Positions 38,695 to 51,120 of a stretch of DNA of 64,000 nucleotides are shown here, piece by piece. The notes under the pieces are model-generated. The model ran no database searches, was not told where the DNA came from, and saw only the letters and a list, made by a program, of their open reading frames with translations. The stretch comes from Spizellomyces punctatus DAOM BR117 (Eukaryota), in NCBI GenBank assembly GCA_000182565.2, contig KQ257452.1. One strand, 5' to 3'. Numbering within the stretch: the first letter of the stretch is position 1; each line of letters opens with the position of its first letter. Both the position numbers and the translations under genes were made by a program.

Positions 38695-41600
38695 ATGCGT
38701 CACGGCTCCCCACCTGTTCGAGGCTCCTCGCCCATGGTGGCTGCGTCAACGGCGTCACTGTCCTCTTCAGCTGGGGCGCAGGCAAACTTTTCAAGCTCAA
38801 GCCGTATGGGAAGCACGGGACGGGCGGAGCAGATTATTCAAAACGTGTATTCAAAAGTGGCTCAAGTCATTGTTCAGGCGCGCGCTACTGAACACGCTCG
38901 AAGATCTTTGTCGTCGGGCAGAAAGCTGAACAAATGGGTAAGAACATCCACGCCATCTTGTGCTAGATGGGCTACATGTGTCTAATCACGATTCGATTGT
39001 TTAAATCATAGTTCAATTTGGAAACTTTGGATATTGAAAGTCTAAAGGAAGAACTGAAATATTGGCGGGCGCATGCCATAACGTCGCCACAACCTCCTCC
39101 ACTCATCATCGACATATTCCTGGATCTATCAGCATTGACAGCAAGTCAAGTTTTGATGCTTCGTGACGAACTCACTCAACGCCGTCAGCGGATTGGACAC
39201 GAGCATCTGCAAGCGGTAGATCCATCTACCGGCATTTCTGGGCGCCACAAATCGGTGCTTTTGGAATCGTGGCAGTTGACGTTGTCGTAAGTTTATTACG
39301 TCAAGCTTCAATACGCAACAGATTACTGATACTGTGATCGTCTCTTCAGACATCCAATAGCGTCACAGGCACCTGAGCTCCCCGTGGTCTATAAAAAGTC
39401 TGTTGCTCTGTTCCGCTCATTGTATAGCTATGTTCGGCTTCTGCCGGCATATCGATTGTATAGAAAGCTGCGAAGGCAAAAGGATGGGAATCTGGGCATC
39501 GGCTACAGACTGTCAACCTCACGGGTAATGCCAGTTGATGAGGCAGGGCTTGGTAAGTACTATCACAGGATATCGAAGTGCATTGCTTTCCTGTATGTTC
39601 ATTACTGGCCTTGCAGATCAACTCCACAGTAGCGGCGACATGCGACGGGGCCTTTCAGAGTACAACTTTGGATCCATAGATACCCCATTTGGGTGAGTAC
39701 ACCGCCGCCGTCGCTGTACGGCGAAAACCCAAGACCTCCACGCTTACGGTGTCATATCTTACAGTATTCCGCTCTTCATTTTATTTCAGAGTGTTTAGTC
39801 TTCACGTTAATTACCGGTTGGAATGCGACTTTTCCGTTGAGGATCCCGAGGCGGTGTTGGGCACCCGCCTTGGAGATATGGACGAGCACTACTTTTCTCC
39901 CCGATCGTTGGACCGAGCCCGTGATATTGGAAGTGGACCTTTGTTATTACAGCAAGCTCGCCGCAGCAGTTCTTCATCGAGTCGTCGCGGGGTTATTCAT
40001 CAGAATGATGACATGACTAGAACAAGTTCTGCTGGTTCGTTGCCGCGGCGGACGAGTCGTTATGGATCACAAACGTCGGTGCACTCACAGGACGGATTTC
40101 ATACTGGGAGAGATTATGGTAGGGGAGGCGTCCCTCCAGTCAATATTCCGCCGGGATCATTACCGACTCGTGTAGGACATCGCCATTCGTATTCGACAGC
40201 GTCAACTTCATCGTCACCGGGAGTTTTCCAGTTCCAAAGGACAGGGACTCCCTCTCCTTCTTCCCATCACTCATCCAGCCAGCAACATCTGATGGATCGC
40301 AGACAGTCATGGCAAGTATCACCGGCTTCTAACCCATCTGTGGCCGCGTTCACTCCCCCATCTGCTGCGTTCAGCATGGGAGGTCGTCAGGATTTTGAGA
40401 ATGCTCGCTTTAATGAACCGCCACCGTTTTCGGCAAACACGGATGTTGCGGAACCCCAGGTGGTACCAGAGATTCTCACGGCTGATGTAATTCCGTTTAC
40501 CTCTCATAGTCCGCCGTTTGATATGCAGTTATCTAACAAGGTAGGTTTGGACTCAGCAAGCCATTTTTGCATGTGAATCGCTTCTCATACGTTTTGCAGA
40601 CTCATGCGAAATCCGTACTTGCCCATCGTGCCAGCTTCTCTGTTTCGCGTTCAGCATCACCGGTATCCACGGATCTGGCGCGTCGTCCATCCGTAACTTT
40701 CCCGACCGCTTCTGTCCCCTTCAAAGCCGATATTTCGCATTCACCGCCTTCCTTTTTTACTCCTAACTCTTCATCACTCGGCCGTCCGCTCCCGGCCGGA
40801 TATAAGCTTTCTCCTCCGCCGTTGGCAAACTTGGTGAGTGTGTACCGGAGCGCAGAATTGGGCTGCGCCCTTTAACTTACTACTACTGCCAAATCTTGCA
40901 AGAGTTCTGGGAGTGGGTCCAGTGCAATGGAACTCGGTGAATTCTTCCGGACGCTTGAACTCGGTCGGCGCTCTCTGAGAATCTCCGATACGCCAAGCGG
41001 TGAGGGTACCGCTTACGGAGTAGACAACTGCGGTCCTGGAGGGCATGAAGGATCAATTATGAATGCGGCCGATTCTTCTTTAGCCAGACTATCCAGAACA
41101 AAGGTGGTTATTTGTTGTTCAGTGTATTGCAGACATTCGGCGAGAGGAGTAGCTAATCTTCTTTCCTAATCTCAAGCTGGTACTGGCTCGGTATCGAGAG
41201 TTAAATGAACTTAATGCGGCCTTTTCGAATTCTCTTTCAGAATTCATTGCATCCGAAGAACTTGACGGTCCGTCGGAGATGGGCGAATCACATCCGCAGG
41301 CAGTAGTCGAAACCATCTCACCGAGCAATGCAGATCCCACGGATCTTGTACTATCTCCTCGGCCATTGGATGCCATAGAGGATTCAAGAAGATTGGAACA
41401 ACATGACGACGCGGAATATCCCGTTCTGGACACAGAAAGCTTCGCGTTTGATGAGGCCATCGATCGCCCTCGTGTAGGACGAGCAAATTATCCAAATTCC
41501 TTGCCTAATCACCTTCAGCCCGTTTCTCACCAACACCACCTTGATCCCACAAGTAGCACACCGATTGCGATGCCTCGAGACCACTTGTCTGGCGGGAGCC

Positions 41601-41995
41601 CTTTTATGAGGAGAGAGCACAATGATTCGCACGGAGCTGCGCATTTGCGACGGCGGTCGGTCGCCACCCTCCTTCCCGACCACGATCTTGATAAACACCC
41701 AGGTCGTCCTCCGGATCGGATGTCTCCCGATCCTCCGATCGCGTCTCCGACACCGAGAACTCGGGATTGGATCCATTCAACTGAATCGTCGCATCATGTC
41801 TCTCGACCCAGTATGCATTTATCACCGGGTTGGTCAGGAGGGCAGCGGGATCCTGCATTCCCTTATGGGATGATACAGCAGGAGTTGACCTCAACTCGCC
41901 TTTCTAATCCCAGTCATGAATCTAGTGAGGAGGACGAGGAGTTACTGTTTAACATGAGCGGATTAGATCTATGTGATAGTAGGGAGTGTATGTAA
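38695..41995 (+). CDS. ATG13: Autophagy protein Atg13 (N-terminal HORMA domain, disordered C-terminus)
   Basis: EQIIQNVYSKVAQVIVQAR, NKWFNLE, PLIIDIFLD, VLLESWQL, ELPVVYKKSVALFRSLYSYVRLLPAYRL, TPFGVFSLHVNYRLECDF and a C-terminal DEELLFNMS. Confidence 0.93.
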
Positions 41996-42097
41996 ATTCA
42001 GGAGATTACCGGGTGGGTGATGGGAAATCTAATAAAGTGTATATATCCTGCAATACATGACTATGTACAAATGGATGCCAAGTTTCCAAAAATTAAG

Positions 42098-42681
42098 CTA
42101 TTGCGTTGATGCGCTCTTCTTTTTCTTTTTCTTTTTCCCAATCTTTTCTCTGTCCAAGTATGAAGATAGCACATCCCGTGGCTTCTTGATGGCTTTGGAA
42201 GATGTTGCGAGTCTATGTAAAAGCTCCTCCTCGTCATCTCCAACTATTACAAACGAAAACCAGTGAGCATGATAAACTCGGAACGAGCGCGAGGCAACGA
42301 AGCCAACCTTTTTGCTCCACTGGTTTACGTTTTTCCGAGCCTTCCAACCTCGAGTCTGCTTCCCCTCTTCCGTTCGGGTCCAAGCTCACGGCACCATTCG
42401 ATCCTACATTGCCCACCAACTTTCTTTTCAGTTGAGCCTGACGTTTAGAGGCGGCAGGATCGCCCGAATATAGTGCTGTTACACTGTAGTAAAGGAATAG
42501 AATTAAGTACATGGCTTTGGGGACCGCTGCATCGTCACGAGTGATATCACCTCGTCTTTACGGAAGGTTGTTTCTCCCTTTCAGAAGGTGATGGTTTAGG
42601 AAGCCAGCTAGAAACCAACTGGCGTACAAGACCAACTGATACTTCAGCTTTTGCTCTAATGTCCTCTACATTTTCGTCCAT
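42098..42681 (-). CDS. Small basic protein, DUF3245-like (three exons; only partly in the ORF track)
   Basis: MDENVEDIRAKAEVSVGLVRQLVSSWLPKP...QLKRKLVG...DVLSSYLDREKIGKKKKKKKSASTQ*, assembled through two canonical GT-AG introns. The family label is from motif recall. Confidence 0.65.
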
Positions 42682-43463
42682 AATGAATTGGGAGGTAGAT
42701 CATGCATTGTTTCCGTTTTCTCGACGATAGTGTAATCTGAGATTAGCCACGTGAGCTGCGCCACTTGAGGAATAACAAGATATCGTCAAACGATGCAGAT
42801 ATTATATCCAATGAATCATTCCTTCCCAGAACACGAATTTTGGTATGCTTTAGTTATTACCATGGTCATATAAGTAGCTAGTTACTATCCAATAAAGTAT
42901 TGCTAATCTAACGAGCTATTTCGAGGTGTCATCGTATACGACTGTTTTAGTCGGATAACGCCAATGTCAGAGCGTCCAAACAGATCAGACAAGTCTGCGC
43001 CATGCAGTTGATGCACCACCTCACGGGGCATTCGGTAGCGGAATTATGTTTGGAAAGAATGGCAGGGGTGCAGAGCTATCAGTGATTATTTTTGTTACTG
43101 GAAGGATAGTGGGTTGCAAAAACATTATAAGGAGTATCTTGTAGCACTATCTATGGATTGAACATCATCAAGCCCGTAGCACGACATTTCTAGGGGCTAT
43201 AGCGGTATGCGTAGACCAGATCTGCGGTTTGGTGAAGCCGTTAGCGTAAGCTAGTTGGATCACATATAGTAGTGTAACTAGCGTATTGCCAACAAAAAGA
43301 AAAGCGAATGTTAAAAGTTATGTGCTATATTCGGCAGTAGCCAGGAATCATCAGTGATATGAGAAGTGTTACCAATCTCGATCGTAATAACTCCGACGCG
43401 TCATTAGATCGGTTATTACTAGCAGAACAAGTGCTCAACAAGTGGTAGAAACGAGAAAGGGCA

Positions 43464-45305
43464 ATGACATTGCAAGTCTCTGACTACCTGGACAGTTATC
43501 TTCAGCTGTGTAATGAGCGAGATGTGTTCGTAATTGGATCGTTCAGGAAGGTTTGTAGCTGGCCAGTTAATTTCGAGTCCGGTATTCTACAATATCAAAC
43601 TTTCTTACCACTTTTTGTTCCATGCACTTTTCTCCTATATTCCCAGTCTCTGCAAGGTGCGGTAGAAGGCGGGTAGGTCTTACGGCATTATATAGGAAAT
43701 TTGTTATGGTCCTACTGACGCTCAATGTTGGCTTGCAGTCCAGTCCCAGAAACATTCAAACTTAACGGAAATCAACCTGACTTGTCAAATGCCCGTCTAA
43801 AGGACTCTTATATCGATATAATTTTGAGTCCTTTATCACGTTCTGGGGCATTTCTACGGGAGTTGGATTTAAGTTGTAATGAGATTGGCGATGTGGGCGC
43901 AGGGGTACTAGCCGCTTTCCTAAAGGTACATCTTAGCTCCAGGTTGACGAACAGTTTTGTTTTTGTTAATGTATTCTGACTATTTAGTTCACCAGGACGA
44001 TATGTCACTAGAGGTACTCGATCTGCATTCAAACAATATTGGTTCCAACGGTGTGACAGCTTTAGCAAGAGCATTGCATGTCAATGATAAATTGAATGTT
44101 CTGGATTTGAGCGACAATGTGGCTGGGAACGAGGGAGGAATGGAGCTGGCAAATATGTTGCAGGTTTGATACTGGACGAGATTTGAGGTGCTTTTGACTA
44201 ACGGGTTTCCTAACCGTCTCGTGAAATGACAGATAAATTCCACTCTAACACACCTACACTTGCGCAACACGTTCCTTACGGCTACTCCGCTGGTAGCGCT
44301 AGCAACTGTCCTCCGGAACAACACCACTCTCATCAGATTGGATATCTCAAATAACCACCATTACACAACCAATCTAACACAGTCACTCTCAAACGATGTC
44401 ATGATGCATATGACCAGGATGCTTGCGCTGAACTATACTTTGAGGGAGATTGCATTGGCGAAGATGGGAGTGACGGACTGGCAGGTTATGGAATATTGGG
44501 CTCGAGCTCTAAAGACGAATCTACGGATTGAAATGGTTGATCTGAGCTGGTGAGTGACTTGTCTACCATGTGATTTCGGTCCTGAACTAGACACGATTTC
44601 TGCCATGCTCTATGCAGTAATCGCATTTCACGGGACGGAGGAGTATCAATATGCAGATCATTGTATAATCACCCATCACTCGGCACACTCAAGTTGAGCC
44701 GGTGTTCAATTCAGGATGAGGGAGCAGAGGCTGTTAGCCAAATGCTGCAGAATAACTTTGGGCTTCAAAGGTTGGTCCATATCTGGATGTATCACAGGCA
44801 GCGTTGCAACCAAAGGCTTATTTTCTGCATTAAATATCAACTAGTTTGCATTTGGACTACAATGCCATAACAGGAAAAGGGCTCGTCGCCATCGCTCAAG
44901 CGTTCACAAAGAACTTCTCTCTTAAACAGATCAAATTATGGGGCAACAAGTGGGATGTGGAAGCTTGCGAGGTCGGCATATCAATTACGAACTGACAGTT
45001 TCGCGCTACTTTGCTGACACTTGATCAATTTGCAGGCTTGGGCAAAACTCGTGGGTGGACCTGTTGCAAACATTGCATACGGTGATGATCTGAGCGGGAC
45101 CATTGTTGAAGCGAATCAAATGTTTCCTCGCGATGGCCGAAGAACTGTCAGTGTGCGGGCGCTCTCAGCCAAAGAGAAGGGAGCAGGCAATGTGCAACCA
45201 CGGAATTACGATGACCCTAGAGTCAACCGAAGATTCAAAGAGTCGGAGATAGACGTAGTATTCTATGCAGTTGAGGGTGTATTAAGTGTTGCTAGAAGAG
45301 ATTGA
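43464..45305 (+). CDS. RNI-type leucine-rich repeat protein, LRRC34-like
   Basis: Repeats such as LRELDLSCNEIGDVGAGVLA, LEVLDLHSNNIGSNGVTALA and LDLSDNVAGNEGGMELANML. The N-terminal FKLNGN..RL, the IKLWGNKWDVEACEAW segment and the C-terminal DVVFYAVEG resemble metazoan LRRC34. Confidence 0.8.
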
Positions 45306-45868
45306 TTGCAGGTGCAGCTGGTAACGAGTCCATCCTGATTGAAGGCGTTTAATGTTAGCTTTGTGGCCCTTCCTTCATAGCTTCGAAAGCCAATCATTGT
45401 CCCGAAAATTATCCGCTACGTCAGCTGCTACAATGCCCCGCATAACATGCCAGCACTTGTCCAGTTTGACAAAACATAAACATCGCGGTCTGTTAACAGT
45501 CATCGGTCAACAAGGCTGACCAGATCGCCAAACTTTGGCGGGCTGAAGCAGCCGCTAATATTGGAGCCAAGGATATCGGTGCAAGCTGGGTATAAAACAA
45601 AGGTCACAACCAAGGCTGTGCAGTCACAAAAGGGAAAGAAACACATACAGGGATCGCGGTGAGGTGAGCGGGGATATATGTCGATCGCGGGGCGGAGGGA
45701 AGATAGGAAAAGCCGGCTGGCGTATTTATGGCAGCAGGTTCTTGTCGGAAGGCAAATGACGTGCAAGAGGACCGGGCGACCCGGATACAGCGTGAGAATC
45801 GTGGCGGCATCGTAAAGTTAGGTAGACCAGTTGAACTACAGAACTCAATCGCTGTTTGATTTCAACCC

Positions 45869-45882
45869 GTTGCCGTGGCAAC
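45869..45882. promoter_or_regulatory. X-box-like palindrome ~95 bp upstream of the rhodanese gene
   Basis: GTTGCCGTGGCAAC, one mismatch to the RFX consensus. Confidence 0.45.
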
Positions 45883-45975
45883 TGCATTGACGGCTGCCTG
45901 AAGGCTGGTCGGAACAGTCAACATCCTTCCATCAACCGGGAGGATCCCTTGATTGCGTCGTCCACCTTTTTCACC

Positions 45976-46920
45976 ATGTTGTCTGCAACTCGAACCGTTC
46001 TTGCTCGCCGGCTTATGGTAGAGTAGCGTGAAAGTGGGCTTTTGTGTCTTTCAATCATTACTGACGCTCCAACCTTCCTTTTGGTCACCCAATGCAGACC
46101 CGTGCTCCTGCGTGTTCCCGTGCCTTCTCTCAGGTATATTCCTCTCGATTCCAGCACACACAGTAGATGGACTACTTTGCCAAACTTTGGAGCATATCAG
46201 TGACTTGTTCATGCCTTGCAGACCCCCGCTTCCCTTGGCCTCTTCAGCGACTACGTTAAAACCCTCAAGACCAATGTCAAGGAGATTACCTCCGAGCAAC
46301 TGAACGCAAAGCTCACAAAGGATCCTGTCAATGGCCCACCACCTACGGTACATGTTCTTGACGTCCGGTAAGTGTCGACTTGGGTAGACAATGCGCGTTC
46401 GTACGCGACCTTGCTAGACGCTCACCGCGTTTTCTTCACAGCGAGACATATGAATGGAATGAAGAGCACCTTCCTTTTGCTGTGTACACGGGAAGAGGAT
46501 GCCTGGAACGGGATATTGTAAGTACTGGTCTTCTTTTATCTATTTATGGGGCATTTTGTATGGGGAATGGTTGGCAATTAGGCAGGTCCCTCTGCCGATG
46601 ACAGCCATCATATCAAGTTCCAGAAATCGATGCGGCTGTGCTTGATAGACGAGCTGTCGTCCACCTCCAGCGCTAGTTATACCTGCGACTTACGATGATG
46701 GTTGTGACTTTTCTAGGAGGGCCTCATTCCGGATCAGTTTGACGAAATTATCCTCTACTGCGCTGGAGGAAACCGGTCGATTGTTGCTGCCGACTCGCTT
46801 CAAAAGATGGGCTACAAGAATGTGTACAGCTTGGCTGGTGGCATTGGTGGATGGAAAAAGGACGGATATCAAATTGTGCAAAACTTCAAGACCTACTCTG
46901 ATCAAGTGAAGGGATACTAG
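45976..46920 (+). CDS. Single-domain rhodanese/sulfurtransferase, probably mitochondrial
   Basis: Arg-rich presequence MLSATRTVLARRL, then VLDVRETYEWNEEHLPFA, GRGCLERDIE, the active loop ILYCAGGNRS and VYSLAGGIGGW. Multi-exon and poorly represented in the ORF track. Confidence 0.9.
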
Positions 46921-47234
46921 GCCAGAGCTGTGCGCATGTCATCGTAGTTTAGACTACAAAATAAATATATATCGCATCTAGATGCCATACAAATGTGTTT
47001 TATGTTGATCAATATGCATTGGCCCTGGGGGCAAAAAGGCCAAATGGACGAAAGTTTCTGATTGGGGGGCACAGCCATGATCAATATCACACTTTTCACG
47101 TGTTTACGTGGTCTGCGATGCAGTGTGTCAAACAAGTGTCCTTTCCAAAAGGTGTGTGTGCTGCGAAACCCTGGGGCTGGCGGTGAGCGGTTGGGGGTTA
47201 ACCAACCAAGATACCAAATACAGCAGCAAGCGAG

Positions 47235-49395
47235 ATGCCAATGCTCAATCCGGCAGCGAACGGTGCTGAGGGCACAGAACGGCAGCGGAGGAAGAAGACA
47301 TCAAAGAGCTTGCTGGATTTCTCACTGCATTTGGACGAGAATCGAACAATTTTCACCCCTGGGCAGAAGGTTGAGGGTCATTTACTCGTGTCCTTCTCCA
47401 TACCCTCCGAGGTCAAACTCCTTCGCATTCGATTTACTGGTGTCGTTCAGACTCAACTTTACAAATCCGACAACAGGTAACTCTCACTACGTGCTTGACT
47501 TTATTACACGCAATCTCATTCTCCCTCTAGTAGCTTGACAAGTCAGAATACCTCGACAGTCACACTATTTAAAGAAATTCAGACGTTCTGTGGTAGCGCT
47601 GTGCCTGGGGAAATACCAGAGGTTATCCCTGCTGGGGAGCACCGTTTTCCTTTTGCTTTTAGAGTCCCGCCGACTCAATTGCCGGCATCGTTTGAGGTAA
47701 GTAGTGGGTTGACTATCGCTATTGGTACATGAATCTAAGCGATCTGATGATCCAGGGACCATATGGTCGGGTCAAATATGAAGTTGCGGCAGGTGAGAAG
47801 TGAAAAGACATTCATCGTTAATCGCATGAATTAATCCTTGTCCGTGTGCGCAGTATTGGTTCGGCCGCACCATATGAACAAATTGACGTATCTCAACCTG
47901 ACGATTCCCTCGACTATGGATGCCACTGACCTCGATTTGATGCAAAGTGCAACCGCTACTGCGGAAGGTCCAGTGGGGTTTTGGTGGTGGCGGTCAGGGC
48001 ACTTGGAAGTGAACGTGAGCACTCCCAAATCGGGTTATGCGTCGGGTATGGAACTCGCAGCCAAAATACCAATATATAAATCAATGTTGATTGTGATCCT
48101 TTTTGCAGAGGAGGTTGTTCCAGTCAAAGTGGAAATCACGAATCACTCTGGAAGTGGTACAATTCTAAAGGAAGTGTATCTGAAGCAGCGTGCGACGTAC
48201 AAGACGTTCAATGAGTAAGTAGCATACCGTTAGTCATGCTACAATGGAGACTGACAGCGTGTTTAGGACACGAGGACCGAAAACGGAGCGCATTCACCGT
48301 CTCGCATTTACGGAGCATTACCCTAGTACGACCCGGAGAGTCAGTCGAGTCATAAATTTTCCCATTCCGTCTACCAATATCATGTCCCCATCCATCAATA
48401 CGACGATCCTTGACGTCACACATTTGTTGATTGTGAAAGTCTTGAGTAAAGCCAAGTTTAGTAAACCGATAAAAGTGGAGCTTCCCATTGTGATAGCGGG
48501 ATTTCCTGCTGTGTATTTTGACAATAACTTGACAAGGATGAGTGTGGACACCTTACCCCCTTATGAGCAATCTGAGACTGTGGGGAGACGGCGGAGTAGC
48601 ACTGTGTCACGACTCAGTCGGGACTTTATCCGTGGTCGGCGTTCACGATCCACTACACGAGAGCGAAGCAGGAGCCGAACCCGAACCTGGAGCATAGGGC
48701 GGAGGGGAAGTAGACACAGTGGCTCCAGCCAAGTTGGAGCGGACTGGGAACCGGTCGATGGGGTTGCGCCGGACCTTCCTCCTGTACCCGAACTGCCGGC
48801 GCACCTTCGAAGAACTGTCGTTGGGCTGCCCACAACAACCGACACGTTTGTATCTCTCCCGGTCACTCGGGCACGCGGTTCAACCATAAATGCAGAACAA
48901 GCCGCAGGGACATCGATGCCAGGTGGGGATACCGAGACGTGTGGCACGACCCCCGTCAATGGCCTATCGATGGCAAGACAGATGGAGCGGCACTCACGGA
49001 GGGCCTCTGTGGTCCTCACGACGGGTAATCATGGGATTGAAGGTGAATTTGGCAGTATTGGAACAAGAGTGCAGGAAGATGCTGTGGAAAGTACCCAAGG
49101 GGCTTCAATAGATGGGAAAGAGATTGCTGGCAATCAGGACGAAGCAACAGATCAGCCTTTGGAAAGTGCTTTGGAAAGCACAGCAGGTTCTGCTACGCAA
49201 GTGTCCAGCGTTAATGTTGAGCAAGACGGTGCAACGCACAGCGATTTAGAACCAGAGTCGGACGTTACGACTGTAGACGAAACCAAGAATGATGACACAC
49301 ATACATTTGAGCAAGCAAGGGAAGGACATGATGAGAACCCGTTGGTTGCGCTACGAAACAAGGATTCGGCAATTATCTTGGAAAACTCTTTGTAA
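47235..49395 (+). CDS. Alpha-arrestin (arrestin N and C domains, PY motif, disordered tail)
   Basis: IFTPGQKVEG, GEHRFPFAFRVP..LPASFEGPYGRVKYEV, PKSGYA..EVVPVKVEITNHS, PSINTTILDVTH and LPPYE. Confidence 0.88.
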
Positions 49396-49752
49396 AATAC
49401 TTTTTGGTTTTTGATTTTGATTTATTTGGGATGATTTTTATGTTTTTTACATGTTTTTTGAAGAATAGTCATCAGTTATATATGTTTGGATGATGTAAAG
49501 TAGATCGAGTGTATAGTATATAGTCCTGGAAGAAAAAAGTATTTTTATATCGAGTCTGGTTGTTTATCTTTTTTCATAGTGTTTTTATTGATCTTCTAAT
49601 TTCTGCCACGTAGTGTGCGATTTTGGACGATGACGATTATATGAGTCATCCCACCCATCAACGCATTCAAAAAGCTTGGCACTCAAGCGGTACTTGCATC
49701 AAAACCACCATCAAAAACCCATCCCATTGTTTATTTTTTTTTTCTAAACATC

Positions 49753-50619
49753 ATGTCGCTATTCAATCAGCTAGTATACTACATGCTCCTCACTGAGCTG
49801 ACATTTTACCTGTTAACACTCATTCCTTTGAGTTTCATCCCAATACCAACGTACGTGGCATCCCCACATTTCCTTACACACATGTTTCTAACATATGTTC
49901 CAAACAACAGCCGCAAAAGAATCATGAACAGCATCTCAACCCTCGCAAGAAAAGATCCAATTGTATGGACAGCACGGGTGATATTCCTTGTAATGGCACT
50001 CGTGTTTTGGGATACGGTGACGAGGTTGTATCGTATGGAGACTGAGGTGCATCCTAAAGAGGAGGGACATCATTCGCATTTGGATCCGATGGGTATGCAA
50101 GGTTTGGACATTTTGTGTTGTTTTTGGGGTGGGATTGTGATGGGGAGCTGATTTATTTTTTGTGTGTGTGTGTAGCGGATTTACAGCAAAAGGCTCGTCG
50201 TGTATGTTGAGATTTTTTGTAAAAGATTTTTTGGGATAACGATGGGGTACTAACATGTCATTACAGTTTTATACGCAACGAAACTTGTACTTGTCCCTCT
50301 TTGCCATTTTTATGATCCTGTACGTACATGCCATTCGGGTTTATTCGATTGATTCATCTCAACGCGATTCTTACCCTTGTGTGTTTTTTTTAGCGTCGAT
50401 TATCGTCGCGTCAAGGACCTCTACCTCCAACTCGTATACCAAGAAGAAATTGTCGATTTAAAAAAAAAGATTCGGATGGTGTCGGGGCAGGTTGAGACGT
50501 TGACGCATGCTGCTGCTGCTGTTGATGGAGAAAAATTGGAAAAGGTGATTAGTAAGGAAGAAGTGGATGGTGGTGGGGTGCGGAAGAGGGGGGTGGTGGT
50601 GGCTGATGCGAGTGAGTAA
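49753..50619 (+). CDS. BAP29/BAP31 (Yet1/Yet3)-family ER membrane protein
   Basis: MSLFNQLVYYMLLTE, three TM helices, FYTQRNLYL and a short coiled coil. Includes a ~26-nt microexon (~50176-50201). Confidence 0.85.
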
Positions 50620-51120
50620 ACGGCGGGTTTGGATTTTGTAGGAGAGAGAGGGGAGGGCTGGTTTATGATGATGCGAGGATGTGGTCGTGGTTTTTAGGAG
50701 TTTTGGGTCGAGATTTTCTTCTGCTGTTTTTGCATATTGGGGTAATATGATTTTGTTTTGGACTGTTGCTGCACTTTCTTTTTCAACCACGCCATGTTTT
50801 GTTTAAACTACGTTTGCACTCAAGTTTAAAGTGTGGTATAGACCGAGTATTGATAAAATTCGACATCATCACCCATATTTGTTCATGGCATGATGAAATT
50901 CTTGCAGGGTGTGCAAGTGACATTCCATCGTTTTACGGATACGCCAAAAAAAAGGGGGATTTGTGCAGTGGTATTCTGTATCTCAGGCTGGATTTTTCCT
51001 TGTTCTCTCAAGTTGGTTTTTTCAAATACCAATAGGATATAAAAGTCCATGTTTTCGTAAAATTGCTCTAGTATTCTATTAACAAAACCCACACACACAA
51101 AACACACGATCAAACTCCAC

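Noticed and set aside
42700-43450. Possible tRNA or ncRNA in the long intergenic region
   Set aside because: No cloverleaf, box A/B or snRNA motif recognisable by eye; an Rfam or tRNAscan run would be needed to exclude it.
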